From Heptranchias perlo (taxonomy: Eukaryota): 64,000 nucleotides of DNA. A model generated the notes under the pieces. The model worked only from the letters and a program-made list of their open reading frames with translations. It did not search any database and was not told the origin of the DNA. Positions 24,599 through 37,635 of the stretch are shown here, in pieces. Where the stretch lies: assembly GCF_035084215.1 (NCBI RefSeq), contig NC_090328.1, positions 30,442,001 through 30,506,000 of the forward strand, in the 5' to 3' direction. The first letter of the stretch is position 1. Each line of letters begins with the position of its first letter. A program made the position numbers and the translations under genes.

Positions 24599-25462
24599 GT
24601 CAGTAAAGTTGCTTAAAGAGTCTCATTATCAGCACCATATTCAAAAATCAATTGGTTTAACAGAATTATGATTGACAGAAATAATAGTTGGTCTTTTTTG
24701 ATGTGTCTATACACTGAGTACTGATGAACCACTGAGGTGCTGATTGTCTGGCTTAGTAATTCCTTCAATGAGAGGGCTGCATTATTGATAAAAATTTGAA
24801 CTGTGCATGCTATTGCAACTTGTTTGCGTTGTTGAGTTCAGTATATTCTACAATCCAGTACCATGTTGGTAGCACTCACTATTTAAACAGCAAAACTCAA
24901 CAAGTGAGGGTTGGTAGTAATTCTTTGTAACCATTTAATTTTTTGAAAGAGGTGCTGATGGGGAATTGCTTCTTCAACAAACCTACACCATTTTTAGTTT
25001 TCAAAGAATTTTGTTGGTCAGTTGGAATCTAATAAGCAAGGTGTGTGTTTGTGTATATCTAATTTTTTAAATATTGTTTGAAAATATATCACTTGCATTT
25101 AAACGGGGGAAGCTTGAAAGAGAAAGTAATGAACAGCTGCATGAAAAGTAGTGTCGAGGGAATGATTGGAATTTGAATTGAACATCAAAATGAGCATCCT
25201 GCATCTGCTGGGGGATTTGGAGTGGGGGTAGTAACACTGTCTCAACTAATCACAACATTGCTATTATCGATGCAGTGACTTAAGTACTTTTAATTTCAGG
25301 ACCTTTGCTCTAAGTATTTTGTGCAAATACATGAGATTGAAAAATGGCTGGTATAACTGTATTTTTGTTTCTTCAAAAAGCATTTGTGAATCATACAAAT
25401 TAAGCTACTGCTGCTTTTTGCTTGATCAGTTTGATTGTTCTAATGAGATGTTTCTTTTGAAG

Positions 25463-25639
25463 ACTAATATTCTATCCGAAATCCGTCATTGGAGACTCTC
25501 AGTTGTTCAGCAGTACAGACAGGAGTTGAAGGATGAAAAGGAGAAACATGAAGCTCAGATTGCTCAAATGGCCTGTCAGACTCAGAATTTGAATGAGTTA
25601 GTTTGTACATATGAGGATTCGGTTCGAAGAAAAGATGAG
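25463..25639 (+). CDS. POC5: POC5 coding exon 5 (TNILSEIRHWRL...EKEKHEAQ...RRKDE)
   Basis: ttttgaag| acceptor, GAG|gtacag donor; 177 nt, phase 0-0; coiled-coil segment matching POC5 TNI.SE...WRL...EKEKH...RKDE. Confidence 0.95.
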
Positions 25640-26469
25640 GTACAGTAACTGCAATGGCAAAAATATTTATTTTAAAAATGTGACTCATTTCACAAAAAAT
25701 CATTACTTTGTGACTGAAAAATGAATCATGTCTAAAGCAACAGTTAACAATCCTCAGTAGTGTCCAGTGTTCAGAAATAATTTAAAAGCAGCTATGTTTG
25801 TCAGAAAATCTACTTAATTCCCTGTTAAAGAGAAAGATTTCATTCATCCAAAAAGACTTGGAACTCACTCACATCTGCAGTGTTTATAAATTCTGAGTCT
25901 TGCATATGTGAGAAATGGCATAACCCCACGCCACTGGAGAGCTATGTATAACTAAAATGCCACCTAGTAGTGATATAAATCTGAACTATAGCTCTAACTT
26001 CCCATTACGTACAAAAGAAGCAATAACTGGATATTTTTGCAATAAGTTATATAACCTATAACAGTATCTATTTATAACTGGAAGTCTATGCTGTTGTCCA
26101 GCTATATCTGTTTTTGCTCCTGTATGCCTGAGAAATTATGTTCTTGTCATACAATATGGATAAAAAGCTGTTTGCTGTGGTGACTTGGTCCCAATTTTTG
26201 ACCAGCATTTAAAATAAAAAGCACAACAATAGGGGGGAAAGAATTTCCCCTTAAAATATGTGCAAGTTTGATCTGACTGTTCCTTTTCATTATTGTAATG
26301 TTCAGTCATTTCCATTTCCAGTCAAACTGCTCTGAGATGCACAACACCCTGCATATAATCTACATTTCAAATACATATGGCTCTTCTATTATAATGAGTA
26401 ATGTTACTCAGATAAGGCTGCTGACTAGCTTTGTGCTAATCTTGCACAATAAGATTTTTTTGGAAAAAG

Positions 26470-26705
26470 AATCGGGGCAGATGAGAAATTTTACGCAGGG
26501 AGTTTTTATGATCTGGAATAAACTGCCTGAAAGGGTGGTGGAAGCAGTTTCAATAGTAACCTTCAGAAGGGAGTTGGACATATACTGGAAAAGGAAAGAT
26601 TTGCAGGACTATCGGGAAAGACCAAGGGAGTGGAACTAATTGGATAGCTCTTTCAAAGAGGCACGATAGAACGAATGGTTTCCTTTTGTGCTGTAAGATT
26701 CTATG
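26470..26705 (+). mobile_element. CR1 3' tail
   Basis: IWNKLPERVVEAVSIVTFRRELDIY followed by the CR1 3' UTR. Confidence 0.85.
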
Positions 26706-26979
26706 ACAAACATTCATTCAAATCACCAAAATAAAGGAACTGGTGTGGTTTTAAGTGCTGTTTAAAGTGGTTACTTAAATGAATCCTACTTAAGCTCCAA
26801 CATCAGCAAAAGCTGTTGATCTATTCAAATATGATCAATAATGGCCAAGTACATTACATTTCCAAAAAGAATTCTAATCCTGGGAGAGTTTTATGTGTAT
26901 TAAAGACACTGCAGCGTGCACAGGAAGACCTTTCACTCAAACAGAAGAGAACCTGTAAATTTACAGTACTTACTAATAA

Positions 26980-27386
26980 AGACTTGCATTTAAATAGTAC
27001 CTTTTATGACCTTGGGACATCCTGAAGTACTTCTGAAGCGTAGTCGCTGTTGTAATGTAGAAAACGCAGCCGCCAATTTGCTCACAGCAAGGTCCCAGAA
27101 ACAGCAATGTAAATTGTAAAAAAACAGATCTGTTTTAGTGATATTGGTTGTGGGATAAATAATGGCCAGGACACTGAAGAGAACTCCTGTGCTCTTCTTT
27201 TGAAATAGTGCCATGGGATCATTATGTCCACCTGAGAGAGCAGACAGAGCCTCAGTTTAACATCTCATCTGATAGCATCTCTGACAGTGCAGCACTCCCT
27301 CAGTACTCAAGTCTCTGGAGTGGGACTTGAAACCGCAATCTTCTAACTGAGGTGTGAGTGCTACCATTGAGCCACAGCTGACACCT
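26980..27386 (-). mobile_element. Deu-domain SINE
   Basis: Reverse complement of 15880-16318, including the A-box. Confidence 0.85.
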
Positions 27387-27849
27387 GAATAGGTTACCGT
27401 TGAGGCTACTCATGCTAAAAATGTAAAATAATAATTATGAAAACAGTTTGTATTTTTTTTGTTTGTATCTTCCTTCTGCCTTTGTTTTATGCTTTCCATT
27501 GCTTCTCCTCTTTCCCCCCCACCTACCTTTTTTTTGTATGCTTGCTAATTTTTTTCTTGTCTTTGGATACAGTTCCAGTCCACTTTAAGCATTCCTGAAA
27601 GCTGCTTGTAATCTGATATAATAAATTCTGAATTACTGGGACCAACTAGCCACTGACTGGGGTGGGGTAGAAAGAGAGCCACAGAATCTGGCATCCACTA
27701 GATAAAGGAATGCAGCAGCGACTGGCACTGAGCAAGGAGGGAGAACAATGGGAGCTAGTACAGGTATAGCATTAGATGCCTAAACTTAGAGTTGGAAAGG
27801 AGCAGAGGGACCTTATGGAAGAGTCAGGGGAACCAGAAGACAAATGTCT

Positions 27850-28235
27850 CCCACATTCTCTCGCCTTGATCCCACCCCCCTTTTTGTCTTAAGGTTCTCT
27901 CCATCTCCCCTCCCCTCCAAGTTCATCTTGTCCAGAAAACCCAACTCTTGTTCCCTCAATCTCCTTATCACTCAAAACCAGACCACTCAACTTCTCTTCC
28001 TGGCCATCATGATACTTAATATTATCAGTGGTTCCATATCCTCTGGAACCGTTTTTCTTCCCTTCAAAATTGCCATCACCAATCCTTTTTTAAAAAAAAA
28101 CCTCATCTTCAGCCTTCCTTTCAACTCAAGTCCTCAAATCGGTCAATGCTGTGTCCATTTCTCCCATAGCTTTTTCAAATCTGTCCAGTCTGGCTTCCAT
28201 CCTCCTCCCAACACTGGAACAGCTTAACCAGAGTA
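27850..28235 (+). mobile_element. L2-type RT fragment
   Basis: NIISGSISSGTVFLPFKIAITNPFLKK...QSGFHPPPNTGTA resembles L2 IIN.SL.SG.VP..FK.A.I.P.LKK and QSGFRP.HSTETA. Confidence 0.65.
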
Positions 28236-28630
28236 ATGAATGTCTCTAATTCCGGTTAGTAGACCAGGTGATTGGTCAGATGTGCCAACGGCCAAAGGCC
28301 TGGAGAGTTGATGCTAGCCTCACAACAGCATAGGCTAATTCTTGAAGAGAACAGGGACTTGTTTTTCTTTTGTAACTTCTTCCAATTGAAACTTAGATCT
28401 TTTGATCTTCAAACCTATATTTAATACTCGGTCGATGACTCAAATCTGACTCTGGACCACCATGCATCTCAAATGCGTAATTTTTTAATAAACAGTTCGA
28501 ATTAAATAACATGGTATTCAAACAGACATTCTTCTTTGAATAGATGTAATAAATTATTTTTCCACAAGTAGAATCACTAAAATGAGGCTAAATAATAATT
28601 GCTGCATTGCTTTTTATTTTACCCACAAAG

Positions 28631-28735
28631 GTGATCTCCAACTTGATCCATGGAATTAATAATCTGAAAGAGAAGATAGAATTGATGCGCAGATTTACAC
28701 AATGGCGACTCCAGCATTCAGAAGCAAAAATGGAA
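28631..28735 (+). CDS. POC5: POC5 coding exon 6 (VISNLIHGINNLKEKIELMRRFTQWRLQHSEAKME)
   Basis: acaaag| acceptor, GAA|gtacgt donor; 105 nt; contains the Sfi1-like centrin-binding motif LMRRFTQWR. Confidence 0.95.
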
Positions 28736-29436
28736 GTACGTGTTAGGAATGCTTGCAAAATATATCATTTTAAAGCTAGCTGTAAGGGTCAACTGTTGTT
28801 CACCTGTGATTGTTAATTTTTAGTTAGTTGACAGATTCTGTGTGCTGCAGAATACTTAATGAAACAAAATCCTGCTTCATTTTTGTTTAAAGAATAAAGA
28901 CTTGGATAACTAACTTTTCAGCTGTCGCCAGTGTATTAACTTATTTAAATATAGCTCACGATTCAAATGGCTAGCACGACAATTTTTAGTAAGTGAATAG
29001 AGTTGTGATAATATTTTTAATGTTGTGTTCTGTGTGATATCAGATTATTTTAGTTGTGGGGGGAAAAAGATTTGAACAGCTGAGAATATTGAGTTTTATA
29101 ATCAAAATATCATACAATATTTCAATGTTTTCCCTGTGTTCTGATCAGCCATTTAAATATGCTTTCCTCTTTAACTGACCTTTTATCTGAATTGACACAC
29201 AATCCTGGATGTTATAAATTTACTCATGATGTGCAGCCTTCAGTTATTGAGCTTAAAAATTGCTGTCCAGAGTGACCTTTGATGCAGACAGTTTAGAATT
29301 CACCATGTGGCAATGTAGAACATACATAATTATGACATTGAAGAACTTGGTTTCTGTAAAGGAATTCTACAAAAGTGTGTGCTTGTATCAGCAATTTCAC
29401 ATTTTAAAATGAAAGCTCCATATTAGCTTGCCTCGT

Positions 29437-29635
29437 GGGTTCAATCCTCAGGCTGTGCAGAGTTAGATGTTCTCCGCCATGGCAGCAGTAGCAGGGCTCT
29501 GTACCCCTGGGTTAGGAAGGGAGAAAACAACCAGCATTCCCACTCCTGATAAGTGTCCAATGGCCCCTGTTGGAAGAGCGCATATATATAACAGCAAGGA
29601 GTAAATGCCTTCAGGAGCAATGGGGAGAAAATTGG
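29437..29635 (+). mobile_element. LF-SINE-like SINE with internal deletion
   Basis: GGTTCAATCC B-box; CCCCTGGGTTAGGAAGGGAGAAAA; tail GCCTTCAGGAG...GGGGAGAAAATTGG. Confidence 0.65.
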
Positions 29636-30972
29636 CAAGAGTTGGGAAATAGATTTAAATTGTGAACCTGCATTGAGGCTGTAATAAGTCTGCATCTCCC
29701 TTTTTAGTTTCTGTTTTGTATTCTGAGCTAAAGGTTTTATTCTAATCAGAGTTCTTCTGACTTCACCAATGACCTTATGATGTCACTGTCCTTCCAATTG
29801 TGATTTTAAAAAAAATAAATTGGGTGAATTGGCTTTTTTTGTTGGTAATAGATCACCAGTCCAGTTTGCATACTGTCATGTCATCACTGTGGAAGTGGTG
29901 TCACACCAAGACCAATAATGATGCAGTTGGAGAGATTGGGAGGGGAAACAACACAGCTCATTCATTATCTGGATGCAAGGCTAAGTGCAATACATGAAAG
30001 TTGGCAGTGGAGTTGCTCCACTAAGGGAATTTCAGATAAAAATGTCTATTTCTATAGCTACAGTAATCTGTTCTGGGATGATGATGTCTCTGCTTGTTAA
30101 TTTAATTTACTAATGGGATCTTTTATTGGGTTTGTCATTGTACAAGACATTATGTTAGACATGCCTTCAAGTTTTTGATGTGAAGGACACTGACAGTTTT
30201 ATTTGTATCGATACTTGGTATGAAAATTGGATAAGCTCATTGAGCCATCAAGTGAACTTCCATTTCAGACTTTAAAACTGATGATCCTAAGCAGATAGAG
30301 TGAAGACATTTTGTGCAGAATTCTGTTAAAGAAATCATGAAATTTATCTCCAGTAACCTGAATTGGGTATGCTATTCATCAACATGGCATCTCTAAAATA
30401 AATCACTTAAAATGTGTGTTTAATCTGTATATTCCATTAACCAGAGAGAGCATGCAGTAGTTCACATCAATAAAACTGTTGTGCTTGATTCAAAACTTCC
30501 AACATATTACTTACAAATCACTAAATTTCTATATGATTTCGATATTTTTGTTCACTCCACATGGCTTATTTGAATTAAAACCAGAAAATGGTAAAAATGT
30601 ACGGCAGATCAAGAAGCATCAGAGTGAACCGAATAAATTATTAAGTGAAATGCTTTTCAGAACTGCCTATTTCAGTGCCTAAAATAATGAATTGTTAGGG
30701 CTCATATGCAATGCATTGTTCAAATCTATTATTACATGACATCTATGTTAGATGGGTTAGTATGTAAAGATCAATCAGCTATTTAATTTGGAATATTTAA
30801 AATTTAGTTGTCTGTTACAGTATGAATTAATATACATTTGATTGGGCTTTGAGTATGATTGGTATTTTAGGGTACATTGTCTTAGAAATGACTTTTATTT
30901 TGAACAACTGTACAAATAAAATTTAGCCAGATTTCCTTCACCCCTAAAATATGGTGGCATTCCTAACTCAGT

Positions 30973-31706
30973 GGGCCAGATTTTGCTGTGAAAATAAGTG
31001 AGGCTAACAGTTATTATGTGCAAATCGGACAGCAGCTTCCAGCAACTGCACATGCGCAGTTAAAAGCAAAAATGCGAAAATTGCTGTCTGGGATGTGACG
31101 TTCCTCATAAGCTTCCCGAAAATGGCATCTAGACATCTGGCTCCCCATTCAAATGTATTGAATGGCATAAAGTTCCTGCACTTACCTCGTAGACACGGAC
31201 TAAACTCACCAAAAAAAGTTAGGGCTTGTCCAGTCTCGTCTAAGGATCCTTTTAATAGCGCAAGTCTTAAATACTGCCAAACAAACTCTGTGGCACTGAA
31301 TTAACTTTTACAAGTGTAGCGTCTCATTCCCTCAGCTTTTAATTATTGGAGATTTTTTTTAAATCTCAAGTAAATTTTTTTTTACTTTTTTGTCTCATCG
31401 CCCTCTTAATCCAGTCTTTCTTTCCCTCTTTGTTTCGCTTTCTGTATTTGATTTGACATTGAATTCGCTATTCTAACTGACATTTCCCTGTTCATACTAT
31501 GCTGCCCATTAATGATTCTGCAACCTGATTGGTTAAGGAGATACACAGTTGCTTGTCCTGTTCACAAAGGTCCCAGATGCCCTGTAGAGGGCGCTGTGCT
31601 GTTTGGCTGACAATAACTTGCTAAAACCCCCTAGAAAGTCTGTGGGCAAGTGCAAGTCTAACTAGCATCTGGCACCGTTCGTTTGGCACTCAGCAAAATC
31701 CGGCCC
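30973..31706. mobile_element. Non-autonomous DNA transposon (MITE) with 16-bp TIRs
   Basis: GGGCCAGATTTTGCTG at 30973 and CAGCAAAATCCGGCCC ending 31706 (15/16 match); no coding capacity. Confidence 0.8.
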
Positions 31707-32199
31707 ATTGTTTTATACGGTGACAAACCCAACAATGCAAGTGTCATCCAGCTGGAGGTTTTGCATTGCATCAATGTTCCTTTCAACAGCAATGCATCCT
31801 ATTGTATTGTAAGTTCCACTCACTCATCATTTCAGTCCTCACCAATCTCCACCAATAACCCATTTCCCAGCACATATTTAAATACCCTTCATGGGCTTCC
31901 AGTATCATACACCTGCAGCCTCTTCCAGCCCTACATCCCAGCTCAAGGAGTCTGTTCTAGAGTCTGGACTATTGTCTATCTCCCCACCATCCTTCTAGAA
32001 TTCTACCTGAACCCTTCTACCTTGCTGCAGCTCACCCCACTTTCACAAGCCTATCTATGCAGTCGTGCCTTTGGCTACCTCCCCTAATCTTCCAAATTTA
32101 ATTGCCAGAAATAGAGAAATTCAGAAGTGAAGAGCCATAGATGAGAGAGACACTGACACTGACCCTGATCCGATCCATCTCTGACCATTTTCCTTTATC

Positions 32200-33160
32200 C
32201 TTACCTCTATCTCTACTTTCTTTCCTCTAACAATGGGCTTTTATACCAATATCTATTACAAGCCCACTGACTAGCACAAATGCTTGCTCCTTTCCACCTT
32301 GCTTCTTGTAAAGATTTCTTCTCTCTGTTTCACTGTCTCTGTTGCGTCTACTCTGATGACTACACCTTCCACCCCAGAGCTTCTGAAATGTTCTTTATCT
32401 TCAGCTGAGGTTTTCTTCAATAGGACTCTTAACTGCATCATTTTCCTGTCTATTTTCCATGCCTCTGCTTTCACCCACCCCTTCCCTTAACAACAACGGG
32501 ATCCCTTGTTCACACCTTCCATCTCATTATCTATCACCAATTAGCACAGCTTCCTTCCCCTTGTCGCTGGCCACATCTTCCATACCCTCTCCACCTCTGG
32601 GTCTGCACACTTAGTGTTGACATACCTATGTCCAAGGGGAGGGCACGTTGGTTAACATTTCAGGTATAAACCCTTTGTCAGAACATATCCAGTTGGGTGG
32701 GTGGGGTGTCTGCGCTCTTTGTATTGACCTTTTTTTTTCCCTTGCAGAATTCAGATTGTATTTCCAACATTTCAGTTTTGACTTTAGACCTGTATTTGCA
32801 GGCTTTCTTTTTCTAATCCAGTTTGCCCTAGTTTCTAGCAGTCTTCCTTGGATGAGCTCTTGCCATCTTAGATGTTTGCACATTTTTTATTTTTCAGTCA
32901 CTGAGATGATAAAAGACCACCTGACAATTACATGTTTATCTTTTAAGCAGGTTGTTCATACTCTTAATTTCATCTGTGAATGGAATATCATTTTTTGTAT
33001 TTTCCCTTTTTGTCCCTCTTCCTTTCCCAATTTTACTAAAATGCTTGTTTATACTGTTCTCAGTTTTGAAGAAGGGTTATATCGGAAATATTAAGCTGTC
33101 TTTTCTCTCTCAAAATGCTGACTGACCTGTTATTTTCAGCATTTCTGTTTTTTGTTTTCT
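32200..33160 (+). mobile_element. Decayed Penelope-like element (RT C-terminus plus terminal repeat remnants)
   Basis: Translation TNIYYKPTD*H and SCKD...SDDYTFHPRASEM fit the Penelope RT thumb; decayed hammerhead-type repeats at 32651-32684 (-) and 33061-33100 (+). Confidence 0.7.
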
Positions 33161-33545
33161 AATTTAAATCATATATTTTGTTAAATAAGCAGTTTCTCCA
33201 CAGGATAGGAAAGAGCTGCAGCAAGTTTCAAAGCACTGCTCACCTTCAGCTCGTCAATATTGTAAGAATAATTTGCCCTGGCTAGTTGAGTATGAGATTC
33301 CAGCATTAATTTGTAATGTAATTGAAGCTAGTTAATTTAGACTTCTTATTTGAAATGAAGTAATCCTATTTAAGCTGATTATCTCCACTAAGTAAAACTC
33401 CATTTATACAATGAAAATCAATTTGTGCCTGAGGAAATGTTACATATAAAAGGATTAGCAATTGCTGCATTTACTCTACCCAGTTTAACAATCGGTTACG
33501 TGATGTGGATTGTTATTAAAAAAAGAGATAACAGTAATAAACAAA

Positions 33546-33561
33546 GGGGGGGGGGGGGGGG
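33546..33561 (+). repeat. G16 homopolymer
   Basis: Read directly from the sequence. Confidence 0.95.
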
Positions 33562-33903
33562 AAAGGCAGATTTGCTGTAAGGGCAGAGCTTATAAAAATG
33601 ATGCAAAACAGGTGATGGAAGTTAATTTTTTTCATTGACCAAGTCCAATTTGAAAACTAACATTGCAATAGTTTGTAAAATTGGAACAGTTTAGCTTACA
33701 ACAACAACTGAGGTGTTAAATAGTTTGAATGTATTTCCACGCTCTTCCTTTAGTCTGAAGTGGAAGTGCATTAAACAAGGCTCTGTCATGGTATAAAGTG
33801 GTACCAGTTATATAGGTAGTAATTTGGTGTAATTTTAGAAACTATTTACTATTGATTTGCAATCACAGTTTAAGTAGTAATAATTCTGGCTCATCTGTTC
33901 AAG

Positions 33904-34083
33904 GATTATGCAAATGCCCTGGCTGACAAGCATTATAGATTTTGTCTGATGAAGAAAGTGTGTACAGCTTGGAAATCAGCAGTGCAAGCAGAATGGAAAG
34001 ACAGGGTGGAAAAAGCATGCCAAGCCAGGGCTGAGGAGGTCTGTATTGAGCTGTCCAGGGACTACGAGGAAAAGCTCGACGCA
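33904..34083 (+). CDS. POC5: POC5 coding exon 7 (DYANALADKHY...LMKKVCTAWKS...ACQARAEEVC...YEEKLDA)
   Basis: ttcaag| acceptor, GCA|gtaagt donor; 180 nt; ACQARAEEVC is diagnostic of POC5. Confidence 0.96.
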
Positions 34084-34570
34084 GTAAGTACCAGTGAACA
34101 ACTTGAAAAAATTTCTTTGCACAAAGCAGGAGGTATAAATGTGCGAATATAGTTATCAGCAGGGACTCAGTAATGCACATGTGTCTAACACAAAACATTT
34201 GGCGGGGTAGGGGGGGAGGAAAGGGTGCTGTGAATTTCCACGTGGATTTCCCTACTTGTACACTCGTTTCAGCCTTTACGCTGTTTTTCCAGGATTCTCT
34301 GCTGCTCTTCCACCAATGTTACAGGGATGATCAGGAGAACCCCTGTAGAAATTTCCCCCCCCCCCCCCTTCTTGGTTTTGAAGCCAATAGTATATTAAGG
34401 GGTAAACAGACCCAAGACCCGCCCCAATAGCCAACCACACAGTAATATACAACTGATGGGATATGTCTGCAAAATTGATGTTCCACTTTCAACAGACTTG
34501 AAAATCAGTGTCTGGAGATGATCTGAAAGACAAGTAGGATTCTTCCCTCCCTTACCCACTCTTTTTCCTC

Positions 34571-34571
<1 letters not shown>

Positions 34572-34601
<30 letters not shown>
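34572..34601 (+). repeat. C30 homopolymer (also C14 at 34355-34368)
   Basis: Read directly from the sequence. Confidence 0.95.
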
Positions 34602-34603
<2 letters not shown>

Positions 34604-35146
34604 GCCACTTCTCTTGAAACTAGAAAAGGAAAAAGTCAAAAAGTATTCATTGTGACTAGCCAATTGAAATGTGGATATTTATTAATGCATTTGTTTTGTA
34701 TACAAGAAAATGATCTCCATTCCTGCTAAGATGAGCATTAAAAGGGGGAAAAACAAGGATAATCTGCAAGGAGCATGTTATAATTTTGGATCCCAAACTG
34801 TTTAAAAGCGAATTGAAACACTCCAGGAAAAGTGTGGAAATTGTTAAACTGATATCATGTTCTTTTTGGGTTGGAGGGGGGCAGGGTTAAGTACATGCTT
34901 ATATTTTGGGAGTATGGCTGTATGTATGGTAAAAATTTGAAGAACAAAAAGACTGACTTCTGTTTAAAAAGTTCATTTGAAGGACCTTGGAGACTTGAAA
35001 AGAAAGAAGAGCTTATTAACAGGGAGATGATATTGCAATTAGACAATGTGATCTGAAATGTAGACTGTGTAAATAGATATTATGCATTGTTGAAAATTGC
35101 AGTTCTGTTTTGTTCTCCAATCACTTTTTTTCATTTGAAATTTTAG

Positions 35147-35309
35147 TCGAACGAGGATCTGGAAGGAGCGAGAGCAGAGATAAGACGGTTGTTAGCTGAA
35201 AAGGACAAGTATACTGCTTCAATGAAAAAAGCATTCATGCGTGGTGTATGTGCTCTCAACCTAGAGGCAATGAGTATGTTTCAGAACGGAAACAGAAGAA
35301 TGGAACACG
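35147..35309 (+). CDS. POC5: POC5 coding exon 8 ([14 protein letters not shown]...[22 protein letters not shown]...)
   Basis: ttttag| acceptor, CACG|gtcagt donor; 163 nt, phase 0-1; contains the highly conserved [17 protein letters not shown] box. Confidence 0.97.
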
Positions 35310-36949
35310 GTCAGTACTCGTAGGAAAGCTTGTAGATGAAAAGTGCAGGAAGTTTATTCAACAAAACAAGTTAATGGATATTTTGGATGTAAATAAAGTG
35401 AAAACTGTTCACACAATTATATATAATTGTTTTAAAATTCCAAGAAATTAAAACCTTTTCATTTTCCTAATTTTTGTTTGCCATAACTATCTGAATATGG
35501 AAGGAATCATATAATTAGTTATTAAATTCTGGTGTATACATCTGTACAAAATAATCCACTGTACCAAAATTTTATATTTTAGAATTCAACTACTTTGATA
35601 ACCTGATATATGGAAGGCTTTTGCCTGTAGATCTGTACATTGGTATAAGTCGCCACCTTAGAGGTGGGGGAGAGGAGAGAAGAAACAAACTCATCACATG
35701 CATTCATTCATGCAAGAAAATCAATTGCAAATGCTGTTGCTTTAAGACTTCAGGTACAAGTCAGGTGACCATGTGGCACTCTGCTATATATAACCTTTTT
35801 TTTCTCAGGGCCTTTTCTTTTCTTTTTCTTCTCACTGGTGTAGATCTTCCCCTTCATCAAAAAGTTGAAGTCTTTGGCGTTAAAATGGGATTGGTATGTG
35901 GTGAAGGACAGAATACTAGAGCCTGGCATTTAGATGCTTCCAACCTTTATTCAGAGATTCCCCTTACACAGTACACCCTAGCTAAGCTCTTATAAAAAGG
36001 ATACAAGAGAGTCCCCAATTGATACCCACTAATGACACTAATTGATATAAATCATACAATTAACATTTGGTTCTTCTCTCTTACAGGGCAAAATTTTTCC
36101 TGCAGTCTATTTATTTTTAGTTCTGCAGCAAAGTTTTTTTCCTTGTTCGCAAGAGTTTTCCAAGCAGTTTTCTTCTCTCTCAAGTTACCAATCTACTTCA
36201 ATCAGTTCAATTCCTGCTGATTCTATCAGTCACTGGCCAATGCCAGTTCCTGATTTCAAAATCTGTGAATATCATCTGTCTTTGTTTGATTTCTGATACT
36301 TCAGCTGCATTAGATAAAGCTCTAATACCTGCAGGAAAAAATGTGCAAACTGTTCAACACATCAGATGCATATGACAGTTTTGTGAGGCTTGCAGACTGA
36401 AATCTGTACACAAGCAAACTACACAAATTTCATCCAGTAAGTATGGGCCAACCTGGACATTTTGGACAGTGAGCCCTGGATGCTTTGGACACTGCAGCTA
36501 GAACTGTTGTGTTGATCTTGGTCATTCTACTTAGTTGAGAATTCCAGCATTTTGAGCAGCAGACCTGCCAAAAAGGAGGCTGGAACTACCATTCTCTAGC
36601 AAGAGATGGTTTGACAACCGGATGAGTGTTAACAGTTGATAACTTTTTTTAAAAACACCAGCAAAACTTGAAATGACCTTTTATTTGGCAGGTATAACAT
36701 CTAGCCAGAATTGCCTCAACCTGGAAGCAGGCCTCCTTTTTTCAGATGTGGCATCCAGTAGCTTCTATCTCTGTGCAGGAACAAGAGTTACAGTTATATA
36801 GTGTCTTATTATCTTAGAAATATCTCAAAACACTTCACATATAATGAATTGCTTTAAAGTGCATTGTCCAACAATGCAGAACAGCAATCAACAAAGCCAA
36901 TAAAATGTGAAATATATATTCAAAACAGCAGGAAATAAATCACGATCAA

Positions 36950-37420
36950 ACTGTGTGGTGCTCTGCACAGATTGCAATTTGTCTACAATGTCTAGTTCTG
37001 GTCACTGAGACTCGTGGTAGATACTCGAGCACTGGAAGCAGTACAGAGAATAACCATAAAGCTGATCCTTAGTGTCAACTGCCTGAGTTATGAGCAAATA
37101 TTGGAGAAAGCTTGGCTTTTCAGCCTTGAAAGGTGGTATCTGGGATAGAGACATAAAAGATAGTATGTAAAATTACTTTAAATTATGAGTAAGACAAGGG
37201 GGCACAGTTTCAAATTTAGTAAAAGGTAAATTTACAGCTTTTAGGTAGTTCTTCACACTGTGGTCATCAATATATAGAATTGACTCAAATAGAGCTTTTT
37301 GAGGTACAGACTCAAACCATTTAAGGAACAATTAAATGCTGCATTGGGGAAGAGAGACTTCAGGATCTGTTTGGTTGGATGAAGTAAGATCGGCTGAATA
37401 ACCTCCCTCATTTGTTCTGT
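36950..37420 (+). mobile_element. Old CR1 3' fragment
   Basis: ALEAVQR..KLI....LSYEQILEK remnants; ACAAGGGGGCACAG motif. Confidence 0.6.
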
Positions 37421-37635
37421 TGGTAAACACAGCAGCCATTTTGTGGAAAAACCAGATCCAACAAATGGTTATCATAGCCAGTTAACCTGGTGGCTGAGAG
37501 ATGAATGTTGGTGAAGACAAAATTGGCTGCTGTACTTTGAATTTCATTCAAAGACTGAGGAATATACAATAATTTTAATTTCAAGATTTAATTACAACAC
37601 TCAAATTGCAACCTGAATTTGAGATGACAGTGAGT

